Below, in pieces: positions 1 through 13,420 of a stretch of DNA of 57,682 nucleotides. The notes under the pieces are model-generated. The model searched no databases, was not told the origin of the DNA, and saw only the letters and a list, made by a program, of their open reading frames with translations. Source of the DNA: Parasitella parasitica NRRL 2501 (lineage: Eukaryota > Fungi > Mucoromycota); the NCBI GenBank assembly GCA_025201805.1, contig MU619274.1:1-57682 (forward strand), written 5' to 3'. Position 1 is the stretch's first letter. Every line of letters starts with the position of its first letter. Made by a program: the position numbers and the translations under genes.

Positions 1-100
1 TATACTTCTCATGTTCGCCAGTAAAGGAACTGGGTCTGCCTGCGTTTTTTTCAGATTTCTTGTAGGCTACCTCACCCGTCTCGTTATAGTGCTTTTGTTG

Positions 101-388
101 TGCCAGAAAGGCATGAGATTAAGCAATTATTAGATTGGTAATTCTTTGTATACAATGACAAGGAATAAGCTATTAATGTACAGTAGAACATGTAATAAAC
201 TTGGTATTACATACCAAGTTCAATGTTTAACCATGATGACAAATAGTGTTACAATAGATATAATCTAGTATAAAAAGATGGCATTTTCTTATCAATAAAG
301 TCATTAGTTTTTGTGTCTGATTTTATTTCTATAAAGTTATACATTTTTTTGAGCAGATCATATTTATATATCCTCTGCGCATAACAAG
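101..388 (+). repeat. Direct repeat copy A (~290 bp), AT-rich, probable TE remnant
   Basis: Starts TGCCAGAAAGGCATGAGATTAAGCAATTATTAG and runs colinear, with indels, to ...TATATCCTCTGC with copy B at 1416-1670. Confidence 0.9.
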
Positions 389-574
389 TAGAACCCTAGT
401 GTAATGAATGTGTATATAATACATCGAGAGATGTATTATGAATAAAGGTGTAATTCTTTGGCAGATTTATTTTATCAGACTTTTGACATAACATTTATCT
501 AGAAACAACATTGGCTTCCATGTTTTTATTGATATTTATAAAGATATCAGATGACATCACAAATTTACATATCA

Positions 575-700
575 GAATTGCATATAATCGATGATAGGCT
601 TTGATAAAGAGCAAATCAAAGCCTGTCTTATGTGCCATCAAATCAGGTATAATCATCGCTATCTGAGCATAACTTGGGTTTGGCTGGGCAATGTCTTTAT
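575..700 (+). repeat. Member of a dispersed degenerate ~350-bp repeat family
   Basis: Core AATTGCATATAATCG.TGATAGGCT...GCCTGTCTTATG.GCCAT...ATCATCGCTATCTGAGCAT is shared with 20490-21180 (minus) and 56865-57535 (plus). Confidence 0.8.
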
Positions 701-845
701 CAAACGTTTTTCGGTTTTCTACGTCGGAGTTTGAAATAAAATCACGTGACCTGTTTCTTCTTGTTTGGAAGTGTTTTCACCGTACGAGGGAATCTGAAAG
801 ACTGGAATGTGTAATTATATATTTAAGATTGTTGATTATTATCGT

Positions 846-1240
846 TGTTGATGTGTCAATTTCCCAACCGGAATTCAAACTGAGTAAACTCAATCCTGAA
901 TGATGGTTCAATTCTAAAACCGGATGAGTCTGATGTGTCAATTTCCCAACCGGAAGTCAAACTCAAGTAAACTCAATCCTGAACACAATTCAGGAACATA
1001 TCCCAATGGATCATGTTCCTTATTTATAACTCAACATGACATGTTCATGGACAATAGATACAATCTATCGTTCCATTCTCTAAATCACACCATGTCTCAC
1101 ACTTGTATCTTATCCTCCCATCAGTCCACTTAGATTCACTAGTATATAAACCATCATTTTTCCATGTAATAAACGAGATCTTTACCTGATTAATTCACAA
1201 CCGTTTTATTTGAATAATTTCTCATTCTGATAAATCAACA
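846..1240 (+). mobile_element. Solo LTR-like element (~395 bp)
   Basis: TGTTGAT...ATCAACA termini (TG..CA, 7-bp inverted). Internal ~53-bp direct repeat (849-900 / 931-983), TATATAAA at ~1143, AATAAA at ~1168. A near-identical inverted copy lies at 57545-57682. No adjacent PBS or PPT seen. The last 40 bp are duplicated at 1241-1280. Confidence 0.7.
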
Positions 1241-1415
1241 ACCGTTTTATTTGAATAATTTCTCATTCTGATAAATCACAGATGATTAATCGAATCATAA
1301 AATCGAGAATAATCATGTATTGCTTGAGATATATAAGAAGGAGGGTCTGAATTGTCACATATCATTCTTTTACCAGGAGTGCAATCGCTCACAAATACTT
1401 TTAATATCTATGCTA

Positions 1416-1670
1416 TGCCAGAAAGGCATGAGATTAAGCAATTATTAGGTTGGTAATCCTTTGTATATAATGGCAAGGAATAAGCTATTAATGTACAAGA
1501 ACATGTGTAATTAATGTAGTATTACATACCAAGTTCAATGTTTGACCATAATGATGAATATAGCTTTATAAAAGATCAATAAAGTCATTAATTTTTGTGT
1601 ATGATTTTATTTTCATAAAGGTATACAGTTTTGAGCAGATTATATTTATATATCCTCTGCCTATAATAAT
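1416..1670 (+). repeat. Direct repeat copy B
   Basis: Colinear with 101-388, with a ~30-nt internal deletion. Confidence 0.9.
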
Positions 1671-2463
1671 CTAGCTTTAATAAGAGTGTCTTTTTCTAGG
1701 CTTAAATCGTAAGAATTTGATTTAGCTGGATAATGCTTTGACAATAAAATGTATCATTTTATTGCGAGATGAATATCAAAGCGCGTTATCATTATTGATG
1801 ATAAGAAATACACCAAGCCAGTCTTGTATCGATACAAAGGTTACATGTATGTTACATATAGCATTAAAAGGGCTACCTGGTGAATGCTTTATTTGGACTC
1901 GATGACGTTTGTATGTAAATGAAGCTGCAAAATGCTGTGAAAAACACAGATTTTGCACTTCTAGCAATCCATTAATGTAAGCAAGAAGTATCGCAGGATT
2001 TGGATGCAAGGCATGTATATAAAAAAATATCCTTCCGTCATGCGCTATGCTGATAATAATTAATTTTCTAGGTCTTTGATGGCTCCACCACAGCAACAAA
2101 AATTTTAAAACCTGTAAGACTACGGTACCAAAAACAAACATACATCTGCAGACATTATCTTGCATTTTATTTATTTTATATCGATTGACCATTGCTGAAG
2201 GTATATAGAAATGTCGCGAAAAGACATCCATAGTGTGACAACCATCAGGAACCATTACATGCATACAAAAATACATGAAATGAAACACGATGTGCTATTT
2301 TTTGCTTTATAAACCGAGCAAATTTTGTGCAAATACCAACAAATACTAATGCGTACAGATTTTTCAGGGCAACAAAAGTCGACATACAGAAAAAGGTTTT
2401 GCCTATTAAAAACTTGAATAGGTTTATTATAAGTCTTTGCGAATAAAGAAAGAGAAACAAAGA

Positions 2464-2759
2464 TTATTTTTTGAGTATTGCTTGCGTAGTTACGTCTCCA
2501 TCAGCCTCAACACTTTCAAAATGGTCACCCTCAAACTCCAAAGTATTTACATGATTTTCAGGTATCTCAACAGAGAAACCCAGTGCGGCAGAACGAAGTT
2601 TGTTCTTGATAATTAATCCTTTTGCCTCGAGTTTCTTTTCTTCCTTTTCGATGGTTTCTTCTGGAGTCCCTCTCTTGAAAAGGACAATGTAGGTGCTTGC
2701 TGTGTGTTTTTTCTTTTAATAAAATTGCTACTAATGTTTATAAGAGAATACTTACACAT
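2464..2759 (-). CDS. PBI2: Peptidase inhibitor I9 (subtilisin-propeptide-like; Pbi2/IB2/POIA1 family), 79 aa
   Basis: 4-nt first exon ATGT (2759-2756), GT-AG intron 2755-2700, exon 2699-2464. Protein MSSTYIVLFKRGTPEETIEKEEKKLEAKGLIIKNKLRSAALGFSVEIPENHVNTLEFEGDHFESVEADGDVTTQAILKK has the I9 pattern YIV.FK...GFS...VE.D..V. TATA at ~2826-2833. Confidence 0.85.
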
Positions 2760-2990
2760 TTTGGTTGTTTTTGTTACGTGTTTCAAAGATAAGAGTGCAA
2801 TACGGCTGTTCGTGAGAACTATCGTATTTATATACTTTTTTTTTTTTTGGTTTGCAAGACTTAGAACCATTAAGATTCAGATTGTCACCTGCTGCCGAGC
2901 CAATAACTGACTTGGCAGATCCGTCATAACACAAAAACTACGTAATAAACATCGCTTAAGCACAGATGGCATGTATATTTACGACAGAGT

Positions 2991-4013
2991 TTATTGATGA
3001 TTTTCATTTTCGAGCATACGGGCTTCTTCCCATAATGTATTTCCAGAGCATGCACAAACCATTTTGGTATTTTCAAATGCACCAGCACTTCGTGCAATAA
3101 TTCCACACAAAATGCCACTGCCACTATTTCCGTCGATTGTTGTGCATTTCAAATCATCCTCGTTTTCAGTTACAACGATGCTTCTGCCGATAATATCCCA
3201 AACCTTGACGCGAGAGCTTTCGACAACAAGATCGCCCCATCCATTTTCATTCACAATGACATTGCCCAGATCTCCAATATGGCCATCATGAACACCATCA
3301 CCATGAGCAACATTCGTCGGATTAAAATGATCTCCGGTAGAGCGCCATCCCTCTGAAATATCGCCTGCTTCATGGATATGGATCCCATGCTTACCAGGTG
3401 AAAGGCCCTGAATAGTTAAATCTATCAAACAAGTTTCATCATCTACTTGAATAAAGCGTGCTAATCCCGATTTCCCTGTTGGTAATGTAGCTGTGGGGTC
3501 AGTGCCATAACAATCAAATATGCAGACTGCTGCTCCAGAATGTCCTTGACCGTCAGGTACGCCTTGTCCACGCACAATGACAGTACGCCCTGTGTCCTTT
3601 AATGCCTTTGAGATAACAGAAGGGGGTGCTATTTGCATGCATTATTCAGTCATATAGTGTTGTTAATGAATACTTGTTTATACCTGTTCCTTCGACAAGG
3701 ATTTTCTTTTCACTGAGGTCGACGTCAAATGAAGCGATACCTAGTAAATACAGCGTCAGAGACAGTGCAGCATCCAATCAATAAACAATACCTGTTAATT
3801 GCTCCATAACCTTTGTTACATCGTTTACGCAAGACTATTTATGAGCAATCAGTTCAGTTTTATCATGCACTATATCTCGTCTTTTTGGATCCTTTTCTCG
3901 GTTACCTGACAAGTCATTTCCACAGCAAATTCGGTCTAAGTAATCAAAAATGGATTGGTTATTTATTCAAGATATACTACTCCAATCATTACCTTGAATA
4001 GTTTGGTCGCCAT
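2991..4013 (-). CDS. CCS1: Copper chaperone for Cu/Zn superoxide dismutase
   Basis: Five exons (~4013-3993, 3935-3906, 3834-3792, ~3740-3683, 3628-2991). HMA domain with MTCQSC, SOD-like domain (HGIHIH, GDHFNP, HIGDLGN), C-terminal CAC motif. Confidence 0.95.
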
Positions 4014-4418
4014 TTTGCTTTATTGTACTGCAACGAAAAGGATTAGTAAGAAAAGAGGCCTGTCGAAATTTGTCTCACTGCCAAAATAAAATACCGGAGC
4101 TAAAAGTAGTTGATTCCATGTTTCGCAATTCCAAAAGGTGTTTACAGTACCCATAAAACAGGTGTTAAATCAGCCATGGTATGTTTTAATAGGGTGGTAT
4201 ATTGGCATGGTTATTCTCCATGATGTCAACAGGCAGCTTGTCGTCTCGACGCTGTATTTTATCAGCCATGTAAAAAGCAAGATGGGTTTCAATTCTCGAC
4301 ATTGTGATGGGCAGTGAAATGAGTGTGCAAAAAAGAGCCCGGCGAAGTGTGCCAAGTGAATCGAGTGCAAATTCAAATTTTTTCCTCTCCTTCTCTTTAT
4401 ACACATACGCGTTTAAAT

Positions 4419-4801
4419 ATGGTGAACAAAAGGCCTTCTGACACAGAGCTCACTCAAAAAGTAAAAAGCTAGAATTTAAGCAAATTAAAGCCGATCAAAT
4501 GCAATAACCGCACATTTTAAAATATAGTACAATCAATATAAAAACGAGCTTCAACAGCTGGCACAAAAGATTGGTGAATTGGAATCAGAAGTCGAGGAGC
4601 ACAAGTAGGTTTTTCATGTGGGCGTGACGACAGAAGACGGTAGCTAATACAGCCTGAAAAGACTTGTCATTGACAGCATCTCGCCACTGGAGCCAGAGCG
4701 TAAATGCTTTCGTATGGTAGGAGGTGTCTTGGTGGAACGAACAATCAAAGAAGTTTTACCTGCCTTGGAGACAAATTACAGTGGTGTAAGTGTGTGTGTG
4801 G

Positions 4802-4849
<48 letters not shown>

Positions 4850-5020
4850 ATGTGTGTGTGTGTGGATGTTTGTGGATGTGTTGGGGCAGCTTGCTAATTC
4901 TAAGGATAATAGATTCAGCAGGTCATTGAATCGTTATTGCAGTCTTACAAACGTAAAGAGGAAGAGTTTATTGAATTCCAAAAAAAGTTCAACATTCAGG
5001 TTGTATCCAAACAACAATAA
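4419..5020 (+). CDS. GIM4: Prefoldin subunit 2
   Basis: Four exons give MVNKRPSDTELTQK-YNQYKNELQQLAQKIGELESEVEEHK-LVIDSISPLEPERKCFRMVGGVLVERTIKEVLPALETN...; RKCFRMVGGVLVE is typical of PFDN2. Confidence 0.95.
4790..4880. repeat. (GT)n microsatellite inside prefoldin intron 3
   Basis: About 40 GT units with GGAT interruptions directly after the GTAAGT donor. Confidence 0.98.
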
Positions 5021-5252
5021 TAAATGATTATTCCCGAGATGACAGTAAAGATATCCCGTTTACGGAACCACCCTCAAATAGAAAATTGTTTATTGAATTT
5101 TGGTCCGTTGGTATGTTGTAGACACCAGCGTAGAATTGAAATCTTACAGTTGAGAGACGAGAATGTCGTAAACAAATAACGCAAAAGAAAATGATATAAA
5201 AGCTAACCTCGCAAAGGCCATTGGAGCTCGCTATTCTTCCTTCTGCTTAATA

Positions 5253-5639
5253 ATGCGTTTTATTGAATTACTCGTTGCTGTTGCTGCTGTTGCTGCTGTT
5301 GCCGTCAGCGCTGCTCCCCTCGGTAGCAAAGATATGGTGGACACCAACAAGATGGTCTTTGATCCCAAGACCATGAAGCGTGAATCGGGCAGAAGACAAC
5401 AACAAAGAAACAAGTATGAAAAGAGACACAAGCCCTGCTGCGGTGCCAGTCTTGGCTTGGGCCTTGATGCTCAAGCCCGTCTTGATCTCGGCGGTAATGC
5501 TGCTGCTGCTGTTGATCCCCCTGTCTCCGCTAATACCGCCGCTAATGCCGCCGCTAATGCTGGAGCTGCTGCCAATGTTGCGGCTCCTGCTCCTGGAGAT
5601 ACTATCAACGTTCGTGTTGAGAACAACCATAGTCATTAG
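5253..5639 (+). CDS. Small secreted protein precursor (128 aa) with dibasic Kex2-type sites
   Basis: Intronless ORF with a hydrophobic signal peptide ending VSA-AP, KR42-43, RR47-48 and KR57-58. Strong C/T third-position bias. TATATAAAA at ~5195 and AATAAA at ~5659. Confidence 0.85.
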   Translation: MRFIELLVAVAAVAAVAVSAAPLGSKDMVDTNKMVFDPKTMKRESGRRQQQRNKYEKRHKPCCGASLGLGLDAQARLDLGGNAAAAVDPPVSANTAANAAANAGAAANVAAPAPGDTINVRVENNHSH

Positions 5640-5785
5640 ATTTCATCTCGTATTTTTGAATAAACCATCCACTTGCTTAATTTAATCGCCTACATGCACT
5701 ATATACACCCTTCCATCATGTTATCAACCTCTTCACTCGACAGTGTGAACCCATAAAACTCTTTCTTCTTCCTCCATTTAACAAG

Positions 5786-7174
5786 ATGAACCTGGGAGAT
5801 AAAAGTAACAACGAAATACTATTCTTGAACTTTAATCAGGATTTTAGTTGTGTATCTATTGGTACAGAAACAGGCTACAGAATATACAACTGCGACCCTT
5901 ACGGAAAATGCTATTCTAAAGGTAAGAAATCGCATGATTTGTGCTCTGCACCTACTGAAAGAATACTACAAACTAGAGGGTGGAGGCACCGGCATTGTCG
6001 AAATGCTCTTTTGCACCTCGCTTGTTGCCCTTGCAGGCGCTGGCAAACACCCTGCTTTCTCTCCAAGGCAACTGCAAATCATCAACACAAAGGTAAGGGA
6101 GACGCCCCACACAAAAAAAAAAAAGATGATAACTGATACCCACTTTTGCAGAGACAAACGACCATTTGCGAACTATCATTCCCTACTGCTATTCTCGCAG
6201 TGAAGATGAACAGAAGAAGACTAATTGTAGTATTGGAGGAGCAGATATTTTTGTATGACATAAGCAACATGAAGCTTCTTCACACCATCGACACAAATCC
6301 CAACCCTCAAGGTATTAAGAAGCAGCAACAAACCACACTTGTACTAAACCGTCTTTAGCTATTTGTGCCTTATCGCCTTCCAGTGAAAACTGCTACATTG
6401 CTTATCCTGCACGTTCTTCCGTGTCACCTTTCTCGCCCAACAGTGGATCGTCCAGCTCATCTTTTGTCTCTGGCGACGTCGAATTGTTTGAAGCTCTCGA
6501 TTGCCAGACCACTAACATTGTCCAAGCTCACAAATCAGCTGTCAGTTGTATTTCAATGAACTCAGAGGGCACATTATTAGCAACAGCAAGCGAAAAAGTA
6601 TGTGTTGAAAAATTGAATGCAGCTTTTTTGAAATATTCATCGTATAATAGGGAACTGTTATTCGTATCTTTTCAACTCTGGACGCCACCAAAGTGTATCA
6701 GTTTAGACGTGGCACATCGCACGCCAAGATTTACTCGATGTCTTTCAACCTGGTAAGCTCCCTTTTGTGCGTCTCCAGTGATACAGAAACGGTGCATATC
6801 TTTAAACTGTCAACGAGCGGAAGCCCTACTATCAATGGAAACGGATATGGTAATTTGTATAGCGACCAATCGCAGCAGCAACAACAACAACTACAAGAAA
6901 AGGAATCAAGAAGTAAAGGCTCGAGTATGGGGTAAGTTGCAACAACAAAAAAAAAGGAACCCACTCATTTCATTCATCTCATCACTGCTATCGAAATAGC
7001 CAAATGTTGAGAAGATCTTCAATGCATTTAGGCAGAAACATAGCTGGAAGCGTGGGCTCTTATTTGCCTGATGTATTGACCGAAATCTTAGAGCCTACTC
7101 GAGATTTTGCTTCATTAAAATTGCCCAGTGCTGGTGTGCGAAGCTTGGTTGCTCTTAGCAGGTACAGTTTACTC

Positions 7175-7206
<32 letters not shown>

Positions 7207-7461
7207 NNNNNNNNNNNNNNNNNNNNAAGAGATAAATGACACTGAACTACCTTTTGTAGTACAACACCTCAAGTCATGGTTGTCACCTCTGAAGGGTTTT
7301 TTTATCAGTACAATATTGATTTAGAAAGTGGTGGGGAATGTGTGCTTTTAAAGCAATACAGGTGAGATATGCCCACCAAACATGCAAATGATGTCCCGAA
7401 ACTAACTTTTGCTTATAGTTTGTTGGAACCTACAGACGATAAGCTTGGTGTGGAGCAATAG
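5786..7461 (+). CDS. ATG18: Autophagy PROPPIN Atg18/WIPI (WD40, phosphoinositide-binding)
   Basis: [34 protein letters not shown] motif, [12 protein letters not shown] and RDFASLKL across ~8 exons; stop TAG at 7459-7461; assembly gap lies in an intron. Confidence 0.95.
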
Positions 7462-7772
7462 AGGGTTGCTTTTGCTGATCTTTATTTTTAATAAACATAT
7501 ATCGTATACCTTTTCACTCATATCCTCATTCAATCCGCAATTTTCAAAAATAAAAATGTTCTACTCTAGTGGTACGCTTATATTAGCGATTTATGCGTCA
7601 TGTATTTTGTATGTAACATGTAAACCCTCTTTTCTCCACACTTTTCTTCCAGATACCAACATCACACACCAAAGAAAAAAGAAGATGATACATCAGTTTA
7701 TTATAAATAAGAGAAAAAAAAAAGAGAGATGAAAAAAGTCTAGTTGGTGAATATTTTAATACATAAACCCAC

Positions 7773-9927
7773 TTATTCACGCTCATAAAAGAGCATATAA
7801 GCTTCACTCTGCAGTACAGTGTCCAAATCGACTTCTTCAATTACTTCATCACTGCAACGCCAAAATTTAGTGGGAGGACGAGGCTTTGTTTCGTTTAAAG
7901 GGCTTCGCACCTCATGACCCGTAGGCAACTTTTTTCGGCGATAAGTAACGAAATGTCCAGAATTATGATTGCCGTAGTGAACAATTACCGCGCATAATTT
8001 ATACTGAATCGCACGAGATACAGGTACCACAGATAAAGAAGGTAGTGCACTTTGTATCGGCCGATCTTCCTTGTTGCTGTTCAAGAGCGCAACACCTAAT
8101 CCATCTTGCTGATGATGTGTGAATCGATGGCCATTAGCCATGTTGCGTAGATACACAAGACTGGTTCGGCTAGTACGAGTATGAGGCAATACAGGCGTGG
8201 GTGGAGGTGAGCTCAAAGATGCTGTGGGTTCGGCTGTGTTGAGATATCCATTCGTGGTATAAGGTGCTAAATCGAGGTATTCCGAAAACTCAACTTGGCA
8301 ATGGTTTTTTTGAACCATGCCAGAAGGATGGTAAATAGAGCGCGAGATGTGAAGACATAGAGATTTTGGTGGATTAGCAAACATGGTTTGCTTTGTTGTG
8401 CGCGGTACAGTTTGGGGAGTCACTAGTGGCACATTATACAATGTAGCTTCGATGTTGGACCGCAAAGCATCTTTGACTCGTCCAATATCAATGTTTAAAA
8501 CGGTGGCCCTTTCGTTATCTTGCTCCAAAGAATTCAGTTCTTGCGTCATTGACTCTAACGTGGCAGCAAGTGTACATTTTCTGCACTGGAAATCGTTCAA
8601 AAAATCGACTTTGGTGTAGGTTTTCAAGCAATCTTCTAATGTGCAACTGGACTATTGGATACGGTTAGGAGCTGTACCATGTAATTCGAATTGTGCTTAC
8701 AGTTTGAGGTGCAGATAACGAAATGTTATCAAATGTATGGTGTCTAATAGGAGCCTATCAACAGACGGTTAGAGAAATACCAAGGAATTTTGTCGGATAA
8801 CTTACAGTGTAACCGCAATTCACACAACTGATTTTGGAAGCAGCTAATCCTGTAAATGGATTTCTGGGGCTACGACGTCTTGGACGTAAATGACCACCAA
8901 CAGTACATACCGAGAAGGAGCTCCACATGGATGCTGTTGTGCCGAATGACGATACAGATGAGGTTTCAAAGTTGTCGCCATTAGGATCCTAGGTGTAATG
9001 TAAGTTGGATACCCAAACCATAGCTGCACATAAACACAACATACATTATCTCCATATGCGAACCCTCTAAGAGTAGCAGCATCCAGCAAGGATGTAGCGT
9101 TTTCTCGATATTGAATTTCTTCTTCGGATGTAAGTACACTTGAAATGATTTGAAATAACTCATGGGCGTCCTGATTACAGCTATGAGTTTCACATTTTAA
9201 TATAAAAGTAAACAAATAATATCATTTACCTGTTGATCACGGTTAATGGTACCACCGGATTTTCGTTCTAAAGCTCTTAGGAAATCTGTGGGAGTGATGG
9301 ATCTTGGTTTTGGTAAAGGTCTATTCAGCACTATAATCAAAGCAATTAGCAACCTTTTACACACATATTTTGACCATTCCACAAAAATATGTACTTTCTA
9401 TAGTTGCATACAGCGCACAAGCAACAGATTGAAGAATAAATTCGTTTTGAGGGACTACAGGTGCTGACTCATCTCCTTGCTCGTCAACGCGTTCAGCCTA
9501 TGTCAATGTAAATAAACACACACTGTGAAAAAAAAAAAAGATGGAAATGAGACACTTACAAGATAAGAACGCAAAGTGGCCAAAGTAGCAAATGCCTACG
9601 TAGTGTGTCTTTGATGAATAAAACGTCTCATATTGAACATACTCGTCCATTTCTTTACCTGTAATACAGAATTTACAAAGCAATAATTCTGTGAATTGAC
9701 AAGGCCTAGGATATACTGACCATCACGCTCTATATTAATTATAATGAATAGCTTGAATTGCAGTTGCACCACTTTGATATACCTCTTTGAATCTTGGATC
9801 TTATCCTTCTTTTTCTTTTTTTGGTCTCATAGCTATTTGATGACGTTAAGACATAACTCGATGCTGCCAATGCGATACCAGCTACTGCTGCAATGGCTGG
9901 CAAATGAAAGTTAGAGGAAGAGTTCAT
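7773..9927 (-). CDS. Ubiquitin-specific protease with N-terminal membrane anchor (USP30/Ubp16-like)
   Basis: N-terminal hydrophobic helix followed by a basic stretch. Cys box GLVNSQNYCFVNSVLQ (~9659-9705), QQDAHE, His box VHYGNHNSGHF, C-terminal AYMLFYER. Confidence 0.88.
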
Positions 9928-10783
9928 TATATATCAAAATTCCTTTATAACATGAAAGAAGGGAGTGTTAGTCTAATTTAAAGGGATAAAGGAAGAATTT
10001 TTTTCTATGGTAATGTGAGAAAAAGGAAAAAAGAAATAGGGGTCGTTCTAGGAATAAAAAGGGTGTGCAGCCACGGTTTTAAGCTGTAAACCAATTAAAC
10101 ATGTCATGTAAAATAAGCGACAGTTCTGGTCGCTAGACGGATCTTGCATTTGCTAGCGTCTATTGCGAAAAAATAGCTTTCAATGCATACATCAATGATA
10201 TTCAGCCCAGAAACAAGCGAGCTTTGGCTGTAAAATATTTGCATCGCACTAAATGTGCATACACTATCACCGAACACTATGTTGGCTACACTACTATTAT
10301 ACTTTAATCGGATCGGAATAAACGACAGGTAATTGCTAGTATGTGATGAAGTCTAAAGTAAGACCTACGAATTATTGGTTGTTAATACATGAAAAACAAT
10401 CAACGTCTATTTATGATAGTTCATACAAGTAAAAAAGGAGGACGAGTTTGACATGTATGCTTATTTGCTTGGTTGATAGTGACTTTTCAACTAAATAAGC
10501 TTATTTTGACGTTCTGCATCTACTGGGAACGGCTTTACTAACTTGATTTGAGTGTACGTTCAGTAGCTTACATGAAAAACATAACTTGAGAGAAGATTTG
10601 TTTTTCATTGACTATAACTTTTGCAATGATTCGAGTTTATAGCAAGAGCCTTCATTCCATGTTGTGCGGCCACTCAAATCACATTGCTGCTGCTGCTGCT
10701 GGTGGTGGTGGTAGTGGTTACTGTTGCTAATCTAAGAATAAATTTTTTCTTTTTTCTATTTTGCATACATACAACCTAGAACC

Positions 10784-12992
<2,209 letters not shown>

Positions 12993-13420
12993 TTTTTAAA
13001 GGCAATAAATATACCTTAAAAGGAGTTCTAGATCTAGCTCGTTTTTGTAGCCATTACTTGTAAAGTTACTTCATCTCTCTCCTCTCTTCAATCTTGCGTA
13101 ACTATACCATAATTGATTTGCAACAACGTCATAACCTACCTTTCCTAACAGGAATATTCTCGAATTCTCCCAGAGGCTTCTATTTCCTAATTTGTCTTTG
13201 CTAGGTTTTATATATTGACCATTTTCATTTATTCCTCTTTTTTTTTTTTCTTTTATCATCATTTTTTTTTTTGCTTTCTTTTTTTCAAATTTCTTATATT
13301 GAATCAATCGAAAAAACTAGTAATGTATATGGGGTGGTTACCACTGTAAATATAGCTGAATCTCAACTCATCAAACTTGGTAGGCAGCTTGTTAATTTTA
13401 TAAAGTAACCGTATGAAATT

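Noticed and set aside
198-220. Perfect 10-bp hairpin AACTTGGTAT-TAC-ATACCAAGTT
   Set aside because: Not preserved in the second repeat copy, and no function can be assigned.
849-1280. Short direct repeats with spacers resembling CRISPR
   Set aside because: Eukaryotic DNA, only two copies each, and explained by LTR internal duplications.
1776-2288. 170-aa minus-strand ORF
   Set aside because: Non-ATG start, aromatic-rich random composition, no recognisable motif, and located next to a repeat island.
4704-5027. Cys-Val repeat ORFs resembling metallothionein
   Set aside because: They are translations of an intronic (GT)n microsatellite within the prefoldin gene.
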